This document shows, piece by piece, positions 27,779 to 38,091 of a stretch of 64,000 bases of DNA. The position numbers and the translations under genes are program-made. This DNA is from an uncultured virus (IMG/VR IMGVR_UViG_3300009008_000030) (lineage: Duplodnaviria > Heunggongvirae > Uroviricota > Caudoviricetes): IMG/VR virus record IMGVR_UViG_3300009008_000030. One strand, given 5' to 3'. How positions within the stretch are numbered: position 1 is the stretch's first letter; every line of letters begins with the position of its first letter. The notes beneath the pieces are model-generated. The model was not told the DNA's origin. It did no database searches and was given only the letters and a program-made list of their open reading frames with translations.

Positions 27779-27810
27779 CCGTAGGAGAGGGGAGGCCCCC
27801 TCTCCTACGG
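27779..27810 (-). terminator. Perfect ~14-bp stem-loop between the SSB and polymerase genes
   Basis: ccgtaggagagggg...cccctctcctacgg; weak U-tract. Confidence 0.5.
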
Positions 27811-27823
27811 GAAAGCTCAGCGA

Positions 27824-28270
27824 TTACTCGCTGACGGTCGCGGGTGACCAGTTGACCTTGGTGAAGTCGTTGCCAGCGCGGGTCTTGATATTGACCGCAT
27901 CGGCCTTGACCCGGATGCCAGCAGCAGGCTGGTCGGGACCGACCAACTGCTCCATCGCGCTCTCGTCCAGATCATCCTCGGGCGTGTCAGGGAGCAACGC
28001 CATAGCGAAGCCCTTGACGTTGCCGAGAGCAGACGGCTGCTCCATGTTGACGAGCCAGGAGATCACGCTACCGGCGCTGTAGGGCGCGGTCTCGTCGTCG
28101 GCGGTGAACTCGTCCACGTCGGCCTCGACGCAAAAGAACCACTTGCCCTTCTTCTGGCTGCTCTCAAAGAGCTTGATCTCACGCACAGTCAGGACATGCT
28201 GCCCCGGCTGAATGTAGCGACCGGACTTGGTTGCGTTTTCTTCTTTGATTCCAGCGAAAATGCTGCTCAT
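27824..28270 (-). CDS. Putative single-stranded DNA-binding protein
   Basis: Beta-rich 148 aa between helicase and polymerase; YIQPGQHVL...FTKVNW. Confidence 0.55.
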   Translation of the reverse strand: MSSIFAGIKEENATKSGRYIQPGQHVLTVREIKLFESSQKKGKWFFCVEADVDEFTADDETAPYSAGSVISWLVNMEQPSALGNVKGFAMALLPDTPEDDLDESAMEQLVGPDQPAAGIRVKADAVNIKTRAGNDFTKVNWSPATVSE

Positions 28271-28360
28271 TTTTAGTCTCCAATTTCGACTTGTTTTTGT
28301 TGTCGGGGAGCCGCCCGACTCGGGTTAGAAAAGAGGTTTACCAGAGCTTCGTGACACCTG

Positions 28361-30184
28361 TCAAAGCTCCCTGGTCAAAGTTCCGTAAATTAGCTTCTGA
28401 GGGTTGCCTGTGCTGTCGAAAATGTACTTGGCGTCCCGCTGAGCTTTGTCCCACGCATCGACAAAGGCGGCGCTGTGAACCATGACATGGCACTCGACCT
28501 CATCGGCCTTCTGGCCCTGCCGATGGAGGCGGCCTAGAAGCTGCTCCCAGGCAAGCCCGCTGCTCGGGGGGGCCATGACAAGCTGTGTGCGCCACGCCTG
28601 GAGGTTTTTACCGACTCCATGCGCCTGGATGCTCATGGCGCACTTCTCGGCCTTCCTGGGGGGCGCTGCGCCCGCTCCGTAGGTGGTCACGCCTCGGGTA
28701 GCCAGCGCGGCCTCGACCGCCGCGCTGTCGTACCACAAGATCGCAGGCTCGCTCTGTTGCTCCAGCCAGGAGATCGCGTAGTCGAGCAAGAAGGGGGAGA
28801 GCCACACTGGCTTGGTCGGTGGGGGCTTCTTGTGGCGCTGTCCCTGCCAGCGTTGCCAGCTTCGATGAATGGCGAGGCGTTGTCCCGCTTCATGTTGGCG
28901 TTGGATGCGGTTGAACACGAGCAGGGGGCTGTCATAGCCCTCGGCTGAGTGTTGGGCTAGCTCGGCCCTCACCCGGCGCGACCAGTCGCTCCTGGCCTCG
29001 ACCCATTCAGTGTCTACCAGCCCACCGGGCCAGTCCCACACATAGTAAAATCCTTGGCTCATCTGGCGCTGGAATCGCCAGATCTCGATGGGGTCTGCAA
29101 GCACCTCTCCGTCAGGCCGCTCACCCGTCTGCAAGACCGTATCGAGAACCTGGGTGACGGTCTCAGGCACAGGGAGATCCGGGTGGAGAGACAGGTACAA
29201 CGAAGATCCCACCGAAGGGGAGGTCGTCGCAACCACGCCGGGCGTCGTCCAGAGCCGATGCCGGAAGGCCGCTCTGACCTTATCGCACTTCTCTGCTCCT
29301 GTGCCACACAAGCCTGCATCCGGCTCGGGGCACTCAGGGAGCTTGGTGAACCAGTCCCAAAGGGGCTGCACCATGCGCCACGCCTGCTGCCCTGGCTGGC
29401 CCTCCACATCGACCGCCTGCGCCCAATGATCAAGGTGGTAGCTGTCGGTGGGGATTGGAGATCCTTCGCGCAGAGCCAACTCGGCCAGATGCTTGTAGTC
29501 GTGCAGAGAGCGGCTGGTGAAAGTGCCGGAGAGAGCCGCAAAGGTGACTTCGGGGTGCTGTTGGAAGAACCGGATGATGCGCTTTGTCCTGGCGGCCTCG
29601 GGGCGCTTGATGCGATGGGCTTCGTCAGCCACGATCAACATCTTGGCCGGGTCATACTGCCGCGCCAGCCGCTCCAGCAGGTCGGTGTTCTTGGCCTGGG
29701 AGAGCGCGGCGTAGCTGTAGATCCTGAGATTCTCTGGCAGCAGGAAGTGCAGCGCGGTCTCGGCCATTACCTGCTTCAACTGAGGCACTGTGCTGGCGGG
29801 AGCTAGGATGATGGTCAAGGCCGCTTTGGCGACCCTCCCGGCCAGCAAGGCGATGAGCGTCTTGCCGTGGCCCACGCCGATGGGAGCCAAGAGGCCCCCA
29901 TGCTCGCGTAGCTCCCACAGGGCGGCGGCTTGGATGGGGCGCAGGGTCATGGCCCCGCCGGGGGTTCTCAACTCGTTGGTCATGCGCGTGGCCAGCTTGC
30001 GCTTATCTTCGTGGTCGAAGGGCCGCATCGGCAGGTTGACCACCCGCAGGGTCTCGGTGCGGCGAGCGCGAGGCTCCCGGCGCTCGTGGGCCATAAGGGC
30101 CTCGACCGCCGGGAGTCGCTTCTCAGGGAGCTTGCGCCCCCCGCCTCGCTTGGCGAGGCTCTCTAAGATCGAATCAGCACACAT
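28361..30184 (-). CDS. Superfamily 2 (DEAH) helicase
   Basis: LRPIQ, GVGHGKT, ADEAH, LSGT, HGVGKNLQ and EQLLGRLHRQGQ. Confidence 0.88.
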   Translation of the reverse strand: MCADSILESLAKRGGGRKLPEKRLPAVEALMAHERREPRARRTETLRVVNLPMRPFDHEDKRKLATRMTNELRTPGGAMTLRPIQAAALWELREHGGLLAPIGVGHGKTLIALLAGRVAKAALTIILAPASTVPQLKQVMAETALHFLLPENLRIYSYAALSQAKNTDLLERLARQYDPAKMLIVADEAHRIKRPEAARTKRIIRFFQQHPEVTFAALSGTFTSRSLHDYKHLAELALREGSPIPTDSYHLDHWAQAVDVEGQPGQQAWRMVQPLWDWFTKLPECPEPDAGLCGTGAEKCDKVRAAFRHRLWTTPGVVATTSPSVGSSLYLSLHPDLPVPETVTQVLDTVLQTGERPDGEVLADPIEIWRFQRQMSQGFYYVWDWPGGLVDTEWVEARSDWSRRVRAELAQHSAEGYDSPLLVFNRIQRQHEAGQRLAIHRSWQRWQGQRHKKPPPTKPVWLSPFLLDYAISWLEQQSEPAILWYDSAAVEAALATRGVTTYGAGAAPPRKAEKCAMSIQAHGVGKNLQAWRTQLVMAPPSSGLAWEQLLGRLHRQGQKADEVECHVMVHSAAFVDAWDKAQRDAKYIFDSTGNPQKLIYGTLTREL

Positions 30185-30911
30185 CTTCGGGGGTCAGTCC
30201 CTTGAAGAAAGTGTGGGCTGAGGTGTACCGCTCAAAAACGTCGTTGGGCGTGCCCTTCTTGAGCGCCTCGGTGAAGGCGTTGTAGAGCGACCACAGGTTG
30301 CGCGGGTCGAAGGCTGCGTGGTCAGGCTTGACCCACTGCCGGAGCGTCTCGCTGGCCTGCTGCGGCTTGAGTACGTCCTTGTACATCGCAAGGCCGATCA
30401 ACTCAGCGCCTCGCTCGGTCTCGCACTCCAACTCTTGGAGCCTGTCGAACTCGTCCGACATGCGGTAGTAGACCCCCGTGCTGCGCTCAAGGGACTGGTC
30501 GAACAACTCGCGGAAGTCACGCCAGACGTTGGTGGTGTTCTTGCGAACGACTCGCACGGAGTCACCGTCGAAGCACAGGTTGTCACAGACGAACACCTGT
30601 TGTCCTGCGACCGCGCCTGCGGAGATGCTCTTGTCGAGGCTCTGACGCAAGCCGATGCTGAGTCCTCGGTCCTCACGGTCCATGTCGAGGGTAAAAACGG
30701 CGAACATCTGACGACCGCCACGACCGAGAGCGAACTGCTCGTCCCGCATAGCTCCTGGCATCTTGGCTTCGATGCGCTCGCGCACAAAGTCCACCATGTT
30801 GGGGTAAGAGATCGGTCGATAAGACCGGGTGGCAGGTGGCATAGCTACCTGTTGGAGATCGGCGTAGGTAACTTCCTTACCGCCGCAGTGCAACATGAGT
30901 CCCATAATCAA
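30174..30911 (-). CDS. DUF932-like protein
   Basis: IGLRQSLDKS...G..VFVCDNLCF...RNLWSLYNAFTE. Confidence 0.75.
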   Translation of the reverse strand: MIMGLMLHCGGKEVTYADLQQVAMPPATRSYRPISYPNMVDFVRERIEAKMPGAMRDEQFALGRGGRQMFAVFTLDMDREDRGLSIGLRQSLDKSISAGAVAGQQVFVCDNLCFDGDSVRVVRKNTTNVWRDFRELFDQSLERSTGVYYRMSDEFDRLQELECETERGAELIGLAMYKDVLKPQQASETLRQWVKPDHAAFDPRNLWSLYNAFTEALKKGTPNDVFERYTSAHTFFKGLTPEDVC

Positions 30912-32545
30912 GTCCTCTCAATGACGTGGGTGTAAAAAGGGATCAACACTTCCAACACCGCATCGGTGCAGGGAGTTCTTCGGTCAGCGTAGAGCGCGGG
31001 GGGAAGCTCTAGGCTCCCGTTCTCCAGTCGATGTGCAATCAGGGCCGCGACCCGCTTAGGTCCGTTGTTGTACTCCACGAGCCCGTAGAAGGGCAGCGCA
31101 GCAGCCTCGGCCACTTCGGCCTGGAGGCTCGGTAGCAGTTGGTCGAGGTAGGTCATAACAACCCCGCGAGGGAGGCAGTTGATGTAGAGGGCGGTCTCGG
31201 TGGCCGTCTCTGTATTTTCCTCCACCGAAATGGCCTCTACAGGCTCGGGGGGTGGCTCGGCCTGTACGGGGGTCTCAGGCTCGCTCTCAGCGCGTTCCTG
31301 GGCCGCTGCTGCTCGCAGCTTTTCGCGCCCGGTCGGCTCGCTCAGCGCCTCGGGGGTTGGCACCCCAGCGGCCTCGTACAAGCGCCGTAGCAAGTGGCGC
31401 TTCGTTCCCTTGCTTTCGATCTCCGTCTCCAGCACCTTTGCGAAGTGCTGCACGACCTCCACCAGCGGGGCTTTCTTGATGCCTGCGTAGGCTTCCCGCA
31501 AGAGGTACGCACGGCAGTCCTCGGGGGTCTGTAGAACGTCGCTCACAATGGCTGCGTAGGGGTGGGCGGCCTTGACCACGGGGGGAGCATCGGTCGAGAC
31601 CTGCTCAAACTCCGGCGTCCCATCGGGCGGGTTAATGTCCTGCGGTCCCGGCAGAGAGAGCGGCACTGAGATCTCCCCCTCCTGGCTCGCCTTTCGCTTC
31701 TGGAGCCTCTCTGCAAAGCTCATCTGGTTCGTTCCCGGCATCTTGACAGTCCCTCTCTTTGTCTGGTTGAAAAGGCCGCTGAGCGGCCCAAAAGAGCCCA
31801 CGCCTGTTGCAGCGCAGTTAGCTCGGAAAGGACACCCGCCATAGTCCATGCAGGCATCCAGATTGGGTTCGATCTCCAGCACAGGCAGCTTGGCTGCTTT
31901 GTGCATGGTCTTGCCGATGGAGACGATCTCTTTCCACCCCTCTTTGAGCATGGGGGGCGTCATGTTGACCTCGACCTCCCGTACCTCCGGGCCGCCTCGG
32001 GTCAGGTAGTACAGGTGACGAAAGTTCACGCTCCCGTCAGGGAGGGTGAGTCGCTCGGTCACGGCATGATAGGAATAGATGATGCACTGAGAATCGTGAA
32101 CTAACTCGTCCTCGGACTTCATGTACTTGAAGCTGCTGGTGGTCTTGTGGTCGGTGACCCGTCCAGGCTCCAACAGGTCAATGACGCCACGCAAGGTGAC
32201 CGAAGGACTGAGCGAGCTTGGCAACTGGAAGCGGGCCTCGACCCGGCCCGCCGGGAGAGTGCCGGGAGCAGGCAGATAACCGAAGTCCACAGCAGGCTGG
32301 AGACGGGGGTCTAGCTTACCTACGCTGCGGGTGCCGAGAAGGTATTGCTCAAGCTCTCCGTGAAGCCCCAATCCTAGCTGCGCTGCGGGCTTGGTCGGGA
32401 CGGGAAGTTTGGCGATCTTTTCCCACCACCATGCGCGTTGACAACGGTTGAAAGTCTTGATCTGACTTGGGCTTGAAAAGCGCCAATTTTTCTCGACGGC
32501 TGAGATCAACTTTGCCTCCGTTTTTGTGCTAGCCGTTTGTACCAT
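30908..32545 (-). CDS. PD-(D/E)XK exonuclease (Cas4/RecB-like) with C-terminal extension
   Basis: SPSQIKTFNRC, LGLGLHGELE, RGVIDL, DHKTTS, Q..IY, and C..YGGCPF..C. Confidence 0.85.
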   Translation of the reverse strand: MVQTASTKTEAKLISAVEKNWRFSSPSQIKTFNRCQRAWWWEKIAKLPVPTKPAAQLGLGLHGELEQYLLGTRSVGKLDPRLQPAVDFGYLPAPGTLPAGRVEARFQLPSSLSPSVTLRGVIDLLEPGRVTDHKTTSSFKYMKSEDELVHDSQCIIYSYHAVTERLTLPDGSVNFRHLYYLTRGGPEVREVEVNMTPPMLKEGWKEIVSIGKTMHKAAKLPVLEIEPNLDACMDYGGCPFRANCAATGVGSFGPLSGLFNQTKRGTVKMPGTNQMSFAERLQKRKASQEGEISVPLSLPGPQDINPPDGTPEFEQVSTDAPPVVKAAHPYAAIVSDVLQTPEDCRAYLLREAYAGIKKAPLVEVVQHFAKVLETEIESKGTKRHLLRRLYEAAGVPTPEALSEPTGREKLRAAAAQERAESEPETPVQAEPPPEPVEAISVEENTETATETALYINCLPRGVVMTYLDQLLPSLQAEVAEAAALPFYGLVEYNNGPKRVAALIAHRLENGSLELPPALYADRRTPCTDAVLEVLIPFYTHVIERT

Positions 32546-32669
32546 CGTGCTTTACGCAACGCAAGAAATCATTAGTCTGTTTCTCACGTCTCCGATAGAC
32601 TTTTTCACAACTCGTCCTTGTGGTCTCCCCTAGCCTCCGTTATTTTCAAGTTTCCTTGAATCTCAGAGA

Positions 32670-32903
32670 GTGCTGGAGGGGTCGATGTTGTTGCTGGAAT
32701 GGATGAAAGCCACGGAGACCTCCGTGGCTGAGTTGGCGCTCAGCCTGGGAGTCACAAAACAGGCGATCTACCTCTGGCTGAGCGGCGAGAACTGCCCGAA
32801 CGCCAAGAGCTTGCTCGCCCTCTACCGCCTGACCAAAGGCAAAGTCACCGTCGAGAGCTTCGTCACCGCCCTAGAGCAAGATGGGGAGGTAATCAATGGC
32901 TAG
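32670..32903 (+). CDS. Cro/CI-like HTH regulator
   Basis: SVAELALSLGVTKQAIYLWLSGENCP; divergent from the nuclease operon. Confidence 0.85.
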   Translation: MLEGSMLLLEWMKATETSVAELALSLGVTKQAIYLWLSGENCPNAKSLLALYRLTKGKVTVESFVTALEQDGEVING

Positions 32904-35163
32904 AGTGACTGCCTTTCCTGACCGCCACGCCAAAGGCTGGACTGGTGGCCCGCTCACCGAATGTACCCGCTACCCCTCCGATGATCTCTACGCTGTTCTG
33001 GAAGAACGCTACACCTCAGATGCTCACTTCGCTCCATACACCATACTTGACGCGGAAGATAAGCCCCTCGGCTCGATCCCTCGACTGAACAAGGGGAAGC
33101 ACATTGACGAGGCATCGGGAGCCGTCGATGGTCTCGGCACCGTTCGCTTTGAGACCCTGGTCATCGACGTGGATGGTCCTGACCACAAGGCCAGTGTGCA
33201 GTGGGTGGATGATCAACTCAATCTTCTGGAGGACTCCCCGCTGGCCGCTTGCTGCGGCTGGTACATGACGAGAGGCGGCTACCGCCTCCTGTGGACGCTT
33301 CAAGATCCAGTCGGCCCCGCCACTTATCTGCGCTCCCTGGCGCAGCTACGCCGAAAGCTCGGCGCTCTCGGCATCGAGGCTGACCCTTTGAAGGACTACA
33401 ATCGCCTGTACCGTCTGCCTTTCGTCGTTCGCGACGGAGAGCCCCAGGAGCTTCCCTTTGACTTCCAGGGCCTCCAGCATCCCCTGGTCATGGAGTGGGA
33501 CACGTCCACCGAGGCGTCTCCCCTGGCGGGCATCGGCAGCACGTCGGCCCGCGTCAAGTTTCCTAAGATCGTAGACAAGAACCGCAACACCACTCTCACC
33601 CGGTTTTGCGGCAGCTTACGCCACAAGGGGCTGGAATATGACGAGATTCTGGTCATGGCCCAGGCGTTCAACACCTCGCGCTGTCAGCCGCCCCTGGACG
33701 ATGCCGAGGTAGAGAGCGTGGCTCGCAGCATCGCCCGCTATGAGGCTCCCAAGGATGCCCTCGTTGCGGGAGGCTCGGAGGCCGAGAGCGGCGATGGTGA
33801 GGGGGGAGATTTCGTCACCTTCACGCTCGGCTCGGAGGTTGAGATCGCCAAGTACGTCTGCTCCCAGGTTGAGGATGAGAAGGAGCCTACGGTCTGCGAG
33901 CGGGGGCACCTGTGGAAGTACGCTCAGGCGCGGGGAGTGTGGGAGGTAGTGGGCGACAACCACCTGCACCGCCGGGTAGCTGCCCTGGACGGCTCTCTCA
34001 TCCGCAACGGTCGTGACCGGGACGGGAACGAGAAGTTCAAGATCTTGAAGGTCTCCAAGAAGCTCATGGATAATGTGGCTCTGGTCTGTAGCACCTTGCG
34101 CTATCAGGAGGGGTGGTTCGACAAGGCCAGGGACGGGATCGTGTTCCGCAACACCTTCGTCCATGTCACTGAGGATGGGCTCTCTGAGGCCGCGCACTCT
34201 GCCACCCATCGACAAACCGTGGCCCTCCCCTTCCCCTATACCCCTGATGCTGAGCCTGAAATGCTGCTCAAGATGCTACGCGAAGTCTGGTCGGACAAGT
34301 CAGATGTTGAGGACCGCATCCAGCTTTTCAGAGAGTGGCTAGGGACGGCCTTGACCAACCGCTCGACGCTCTACCAGAAAGGCATGATCTTCGTAGGTGG
34401 GGGAGCCAACGGCAAGAGTACCTTGCAGGAGATCGTGAAGGCCCTGTTTCCCATCACCACCGTCACCGCAATCGCACCACAGGATTTTGAGCAGGAATAC
34501 CGCAGAGCCCAACTGGCCCACTCGCGCATCAACATCGTGGCAGAGCTTCCCGAGGCCGACATTCTCGGAGCCGAGGCGGTCAAGGCCATGATTACCGGAG
34601 ACCTAATGACGGGCCGTGAGATCCGGCGCTCCCCGTTCAGCTTCACTCCCAAGGCAGCGCACCTTTTCTCGGCCAACACCTTGCCGTCTGTGCGGGACAT
34701 GACCAGGGGTTTCTGGCGGCGCTGGCTGCTGCTCGACTTCACTCGTGAGTTCACCGAGGACGAACAGGACCAGCGCCTCGCCTCGCGCATCATCGCCAGC
34801 GAAATGGCCGCTGTCGCCTCCTGGGCGCTCCAGGGCGCAGCCAACCTCGCCGCCCGAGGCCAGTACGATGTGCCGCAGAGCAGCCATGACACCTTGGATG
34901 AGTGGAAGATGGTGGCCGATCAAGTAGCGGCTTTCATGGAAGATCGCTGCGCCCTCACCGACCACAACGACCGCAGCGAGTACACCCCGCTGAGCCGGGT
35001 CTACAACCACTACCGGACCTGGGCTGAGAGCAACGGCCACAGCCCGCTGAGCATCCGCAAGTTTGGTCGCAGGCTGTCGGGCCTCGGTGTTATGCGAAAG
35101 CGCCAGAGCAGCGGTATGACCTACGCTCTGTCCGTAGGGCCGATCCTCAAAGCCGTCAACTAG
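32896..35163 (+). CDS. Primase-helicase (prim-pol-like N-terminus, PriCT, D5/P4 SF3 helicase)
   Basis: VIDVDG, RNTTL...CQPPLDDAEVESVARS (PriCT), Walker A GGGANGKST, FSANTLP and GFWRR. Confidence 0.92.
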   Translation: MARVTAFPDRHAKGWTGGPLTECTRYPSDDLYAVLEERYTSDAHFAPYTILDAEDKPLGSIPRLNKGKHIDEASGAVDGLGTVRFETLVIDVDGPDHKASVQWVDDQLNLLEDSPLAACCGWYMTRGGYRLLWTLQDPVGPATYLRSLAQLRRKLGALGIEADPLKDYNRLYRLPFVVRDGEPQELPFDFQGLQHPLVMEWDTSTEASPLAGIGSTSARVKFPKIVDKNRNTTLTRFCGSLRHKGLEYDEILVMAQAFNTSRCQPPLDDAEVESVARSIARYEAPKDALVAGGSEAESGDGEGGDFVTFTLGSEVEIAKYVCSQVEDEKEPTVCERGHLWKYAQARGVWEVVGDNHLHRRVAALDGSLIRNGRDRDGNEKFKILKVSKKLMDNVALVCSTLRYQEGWFDKARDGIVFRNTFVHVTEDGLSEAAHSATHRQTVALPFPYTPDAEPEMLLKMLREVWSDKSDVEDRIQLFREWLGTALTNRSTLYQKGMIFVGGGANGKSTLQEIVKALFPITTVTAIAPQDFEQEYRRAQLAHSRINIVAELPEADILGAEAVKAMITGDLMTGREIRRSPFSFTPKAAHLFSANTLPSVRDMTRGFWRRWLLLDFTREFTEDEQDQRLASRIIASEMAAVASWALQGAANLAARGQYDVPQSSHDTLDEWKMVADQVAAFMEDRCALTDHNDRSEYTPLSRVYNHYRTWAESNGHSPLSIRKFGRRLSGLGVMRKRQSSGMTYALSVGPILKAVN

Positions 35164-35683
35164 CGTCCCAATCCCCCAGGAGAAAGTGCGCGATCCTACA
35201 GCGCAGATTCACCACCATCTTCCGCAGATACAACTCGTCGGCAGCAGCCGCCTGCTCAGCTTCCTGCTCAGCCCACTCTCGCTCTTGCGCCCGCTGTCGG
35301 TCCCTGGCCCGCCGTATGGTCTCGTGGCGGCGCTTGAGACGCGCCTCGGCCTGAGCCTGCCTCCGCACAAACCGCTGGTACTCTCGCTCTGCGACTTCTT
35401 CGGGGGTCGGCTCCTGCCGCGCCTGGGGTCTAGGCCGCCTACGCTTCGCTACAAGCTCTGTATCGTAGTCTTGGCGGGTCTGCGGGTCGCTGAGTACCTC
35501 CCAGGCCGCTCTGGCCTTCTGGAAGCGTCTCTGGAGGCTGTTCTCGGCCCGCTTGGCAAGGCCCCTGGTCTCGGCCCGGTCAGGGTGGCACTCAAAGGCG
35601 ATCTTACGCCATGCCTTCTTGATCTCAGCCTGGGTAGCCTTCTTGTTGAGATCAAGCGCGGTATAGTGGGTGTGCCGGGGCAC
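35156..35683 (-). CDS. J-domain (DnaJ-like) protein
   Basis: HYTALDL...EIKKAWRK...HPD...AWEVLSDP..R..YD. Confidence 0.9.
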   Translation of the reverse strand: MPRHTHYTALDLNKKATQAEIKKAWRKIAFECHPDRAETRGLAKRAENSLQRRFQKARAAWEVLSDPQTRQDYDTELVAKRRRPRPQARQEPTPEEVAEREYQRFVRRQAQAEARLKRRHETIRRARDRQRAQEREWAEQEAEQAAAADELYLRKMVVNLRCRIAHFLLGDWDAS

Positions 35684-35685
35684 TC

Positions 35686-36489
35686 TCAGGCACTAGCAGT
35701 TTTAGTCTTGCTCCGGCTGCGCTTCTTGGCAGGGGCCTTCTTGGTAGCGGCCTTCTTGGCGGCTCCGTTGGCTTTGCCTTCCGGCGCGGCCTCCACCTGG
35801 GGAATGGCCATGACCTCGATGGGCGCAACCGCTCCCGGTTGAAGCTCCAGCACGATAGGCTGGGCCACGACCGGGGCGGGAGCCTGGGCGGGAGGGGGAG
35901 AAATGATCTCAGGGAGGGTAGGAGGCTGAGGGACCGCCTGGGGCTCACGGACAGCAGCAGCCTCTTGAATTGCCGCCTCGCCCGCTTCCATGACCGTCAG
36001 CACTTCATTTAAGAACCAAAGCCCGTTGTAGTGTGGAGAGACAGCGGGCTGGCGCAGTTGGGTGCCTTCTTGGCCTACGGGAGTGCCGGGAGGCTGCTCT
36101 CCTGCGGAGGGCGGCGGGGCATAGAGGAAGGTGTTGAGATCGGGTATCTCTTGGGTCATTGGATCTTGCGGGTCCATATCCCGCAAGGGCTGGGAGAAGC
36201 CGAAGTAATGGGCCACGGCCAAGGTAGTGTGAAGGACCGAGGGAAGCTCATCTCCTGAGACGCTGAACGCGATGGAAAATCCTTGCGGCCACTCTGGCAT
36301 CTTCGATAGGACAGCCTGGGGGTTCCCTACCAGGGCTGGATCGAGGCTGTAGGTGGCGATGATGTTCCACAGGGCGGCCCGGTCACCTTCTATGCCTTGA
36401 GGTGCTGAAATCGGGGATGCCCCCAGCTTCAACAAAAGCACGGTATCGGGAGAGGGAAGGAAGCCTATCTCAAGCGCGATGTTTGACAT
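35686..36489 (-). CDS. Hypothetical protein with Pro-rich linker and Lys/Ala-rich tail
   Basis: 267-aa ORF in the operon. Confidence 0.65.
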   Translation of the reverse strand: MSNIALEIGFLPSPDTVLLLKLGASPISAPQGIEGDRAALWNIIATYSLDPALVGNPQAVLSKMPEWPQGFSIAFSVSGDELPSVLHTTLAVAHYFGFSQPLRDMDPQDPMTQEIPDLNTFLYAPPPSAGEQPPGTPVGQEGTQLRQPAVSPHYNGLWFLNEVLTVMEAGEAAIQEAAAVREPQAVPQPPTLPEIISPPPAQAPAPVVAQPIVLELQPGAVAPIEVMAIPQVEAAPEGKANGAAKKAATKKAPAKKRSRSKTKTASA

Positions 36490-36528
36490 TCGGTGACCCT
36501 ACGCAAAGGCAGGACAGGTGTCAACTTC

Positions 36529-36777
36529 TCAACTAAAGCGCGAGGGGAGCCAATGGCGGTAGATGCCCTGGCCCACAAAGCGCCCACCTTTCGGCCCGCC
36601 TCCATCGTCATAGATGCCGCTCTGAGCTTGCCGATAAATATCCTGCACCCCGCCTGCCGGAGTGATCGGCAACCTCGTCGGATGGACCTGATTGACGATC
36701 ATCCTCGGACCAGGGTTGTTGAAGCGAGCGGGTCTAGGCCCGTAAGCTGCAAACCAGCGATCATATCGTCGTGGCAT
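36529..36777 (-). CDS. Hypothetical protein (MPRRYDRW...)
   Basis: GGAGG RBS before the ATG at 36777. Confidence 0.5.
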   Translation of the reverse strand: MPRRYDRWFAAYGPRPARFNNPGPRMIVNQVHPTRLPITPAGGVQDIYRQAQSGIYDDGGGPKGGRFVGQGIYRHWLPSRFS

Positions 36778-36778
36778 C

Positions 36779-37153
36779 TTATCCTCCGAGTCGTTTGCGA
36801 AGTGCGTCAGGAAGCACCGCGATAGCTTTGGGGATCGCCATCTTCGCTGCATGGTAGACACCCACCGACATGCAGCCAGCGGTAGCTCCCAACATCACGG
36901 CCCAGGAGCGAGAGACCCAAGCGGGCCACACATGCGGCTGGATGCCGCACGCGATGCCTGCGCCGATGGTCAAGCTACGGATGCACCACTGGTACAGCGC
37001 CAAGTTGTCACCGCGCAGAGCTTTGCCGCTGCGCTGCTTCCACAAGATCTTGATGGGAGTCTTGAGAACCTGAGTCACCCCGGCGCAGGCCAGCGAGAGC
37101 ATGACCCACAGCAAAGAAAGGTAGGCGAGGTTTCCCCAGGAGATCGTGTCCAC
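36779..37153 (-). CDS. Holin-like membrane protein
   Basis: Three hydrophobic segments, basic C-terminus, close to the peptidase gene. Confidence 0.5.
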   Translation of the reverse strand: MDTISWGNLAYLSLLWVMLSLACAGVTQVLKTPIKILWKQRSGKALRGDNLALYQWCIRSLTIGAGIACGIQPHVWPAWVSRSWAVMLGATAGCMSVGVYHAAKMAIPKAIAVLPDALRKRLGG

Positions 37154-38091
37154 TACTGATCTTGCTCCATCATGCTCTTGAGCAAGTAGCCAGCAGCGGC
37201 TCCCAAGACACTCCCTCCAACCCGGTTACCTCCTACCATCGTGGCTCCCAGGACGCCTACCAGAGCGCCACCGCCCATGTAGGCGATGTTGGCCCCTTGC
37301 CCTGTGGTTTCAAGAGAGGACATATCCGTTTTGTCGGTCACGGCGGTTTCGTCGGGGGGAGGGAGGACGTTTTCCTCGTCCAGAACTTCTATGCTGCTGT
37401 TCTCAGGGAGTTCATCGAGAGCTTCTTCGATCACCTCATCCACGTCGGCGGCCAGTGTCTCGGCATCCCCTTCCGCTTCCCCTACGAAGGTATCTTCCTG
37501 GGGAGGCACATCAACTGTCTCTCCAGAGTCCGTCTCGGTCGCTGATAATCCTGGGTTGGTCTTGACCACATCGACCGTCTCGGTGCTGCCTCCCCCTGGA
37601 GACGAGGGAGATCCCTTGCCGCCATTGAGATTGAGCTTAGGTATCACCACCACCACCGGAAGCTGCGGCTGGTCTACTACATCGGTGGACGTAGAGGGGG
37701 TGGGATCTACAGAGCCCCCTGACGATGCCCCGGAAGTTGATGCCCCTCTGCTGTACGCCTGGAGACGGGCGTTGCTCCACGAACCGCTCTTAGACCCTGA
37801 GCCGATGTTGGTGTAGTAGTCCCTGGTGCGATCCCTGTGGGGGCTATGTTGGTGACCTCGGGTCGGCCACCAGACCCTAATTCGGAGGCGAGCAGGAGCA
37901 TCACTCACCCGCTGAGCGAGCTTGTGGCGAGTAGTGACGCGAGCGCGATACTTCCCGGCCCCTGTCAGGAGTGCGGCAGGCTTAATGGTGTGCCAGTTCC
38001 CCGCTCGGTCTTTCTGCCACACCTTGAGCTTGCGGGCATTGGTAGCCTGAAACACTATTCTCCACGAGTTGTTGCTCACCTTGTTCTCCAA
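37153..38091 (-). CDS. Membrane-anchored protein (basic N-terminus, acidic linker, glycine-zipper C-terminus)
   Basis: GGGALVGVLGATMVGG...GSVLGAAAGY. Confidence 0.6.
   Translation of the reverse strand: MENKVSNNSWRIVFQATNARKLKVWQKDRAGNWHTIKPAALLTGAGKYRARVTTRHKLAQRVSDAPARLRIRVWWPTRGHQHSPHRDRTRDYYTNIGSGSKSGSWSNARLQAYSRGASTSGASSGGSVDPTPSTSTDVVDQPQLPVVVVIPKLNLNGGKGSPSSPGGGSTETVDVVKTNPGLSATETDSGETVDVPPQEDTFVGEAEGDAETLAADVDEVIEEALDELPENSSIEVLDEENVLPPPDETAVTDKTDMSSLETTGQGANIAYMGGGALVGVLGATMVGGNRVGGSVLGAAAGYLLKSMMEQDQ

Noticed and set aside
30908..32545. Cas4 of a CRISPR-Cas system
   Set aside because: It is a stand-alone PD-(D/E)XK nuclease in a replication operon, which is common in phages; no cas1, cas2 or array.
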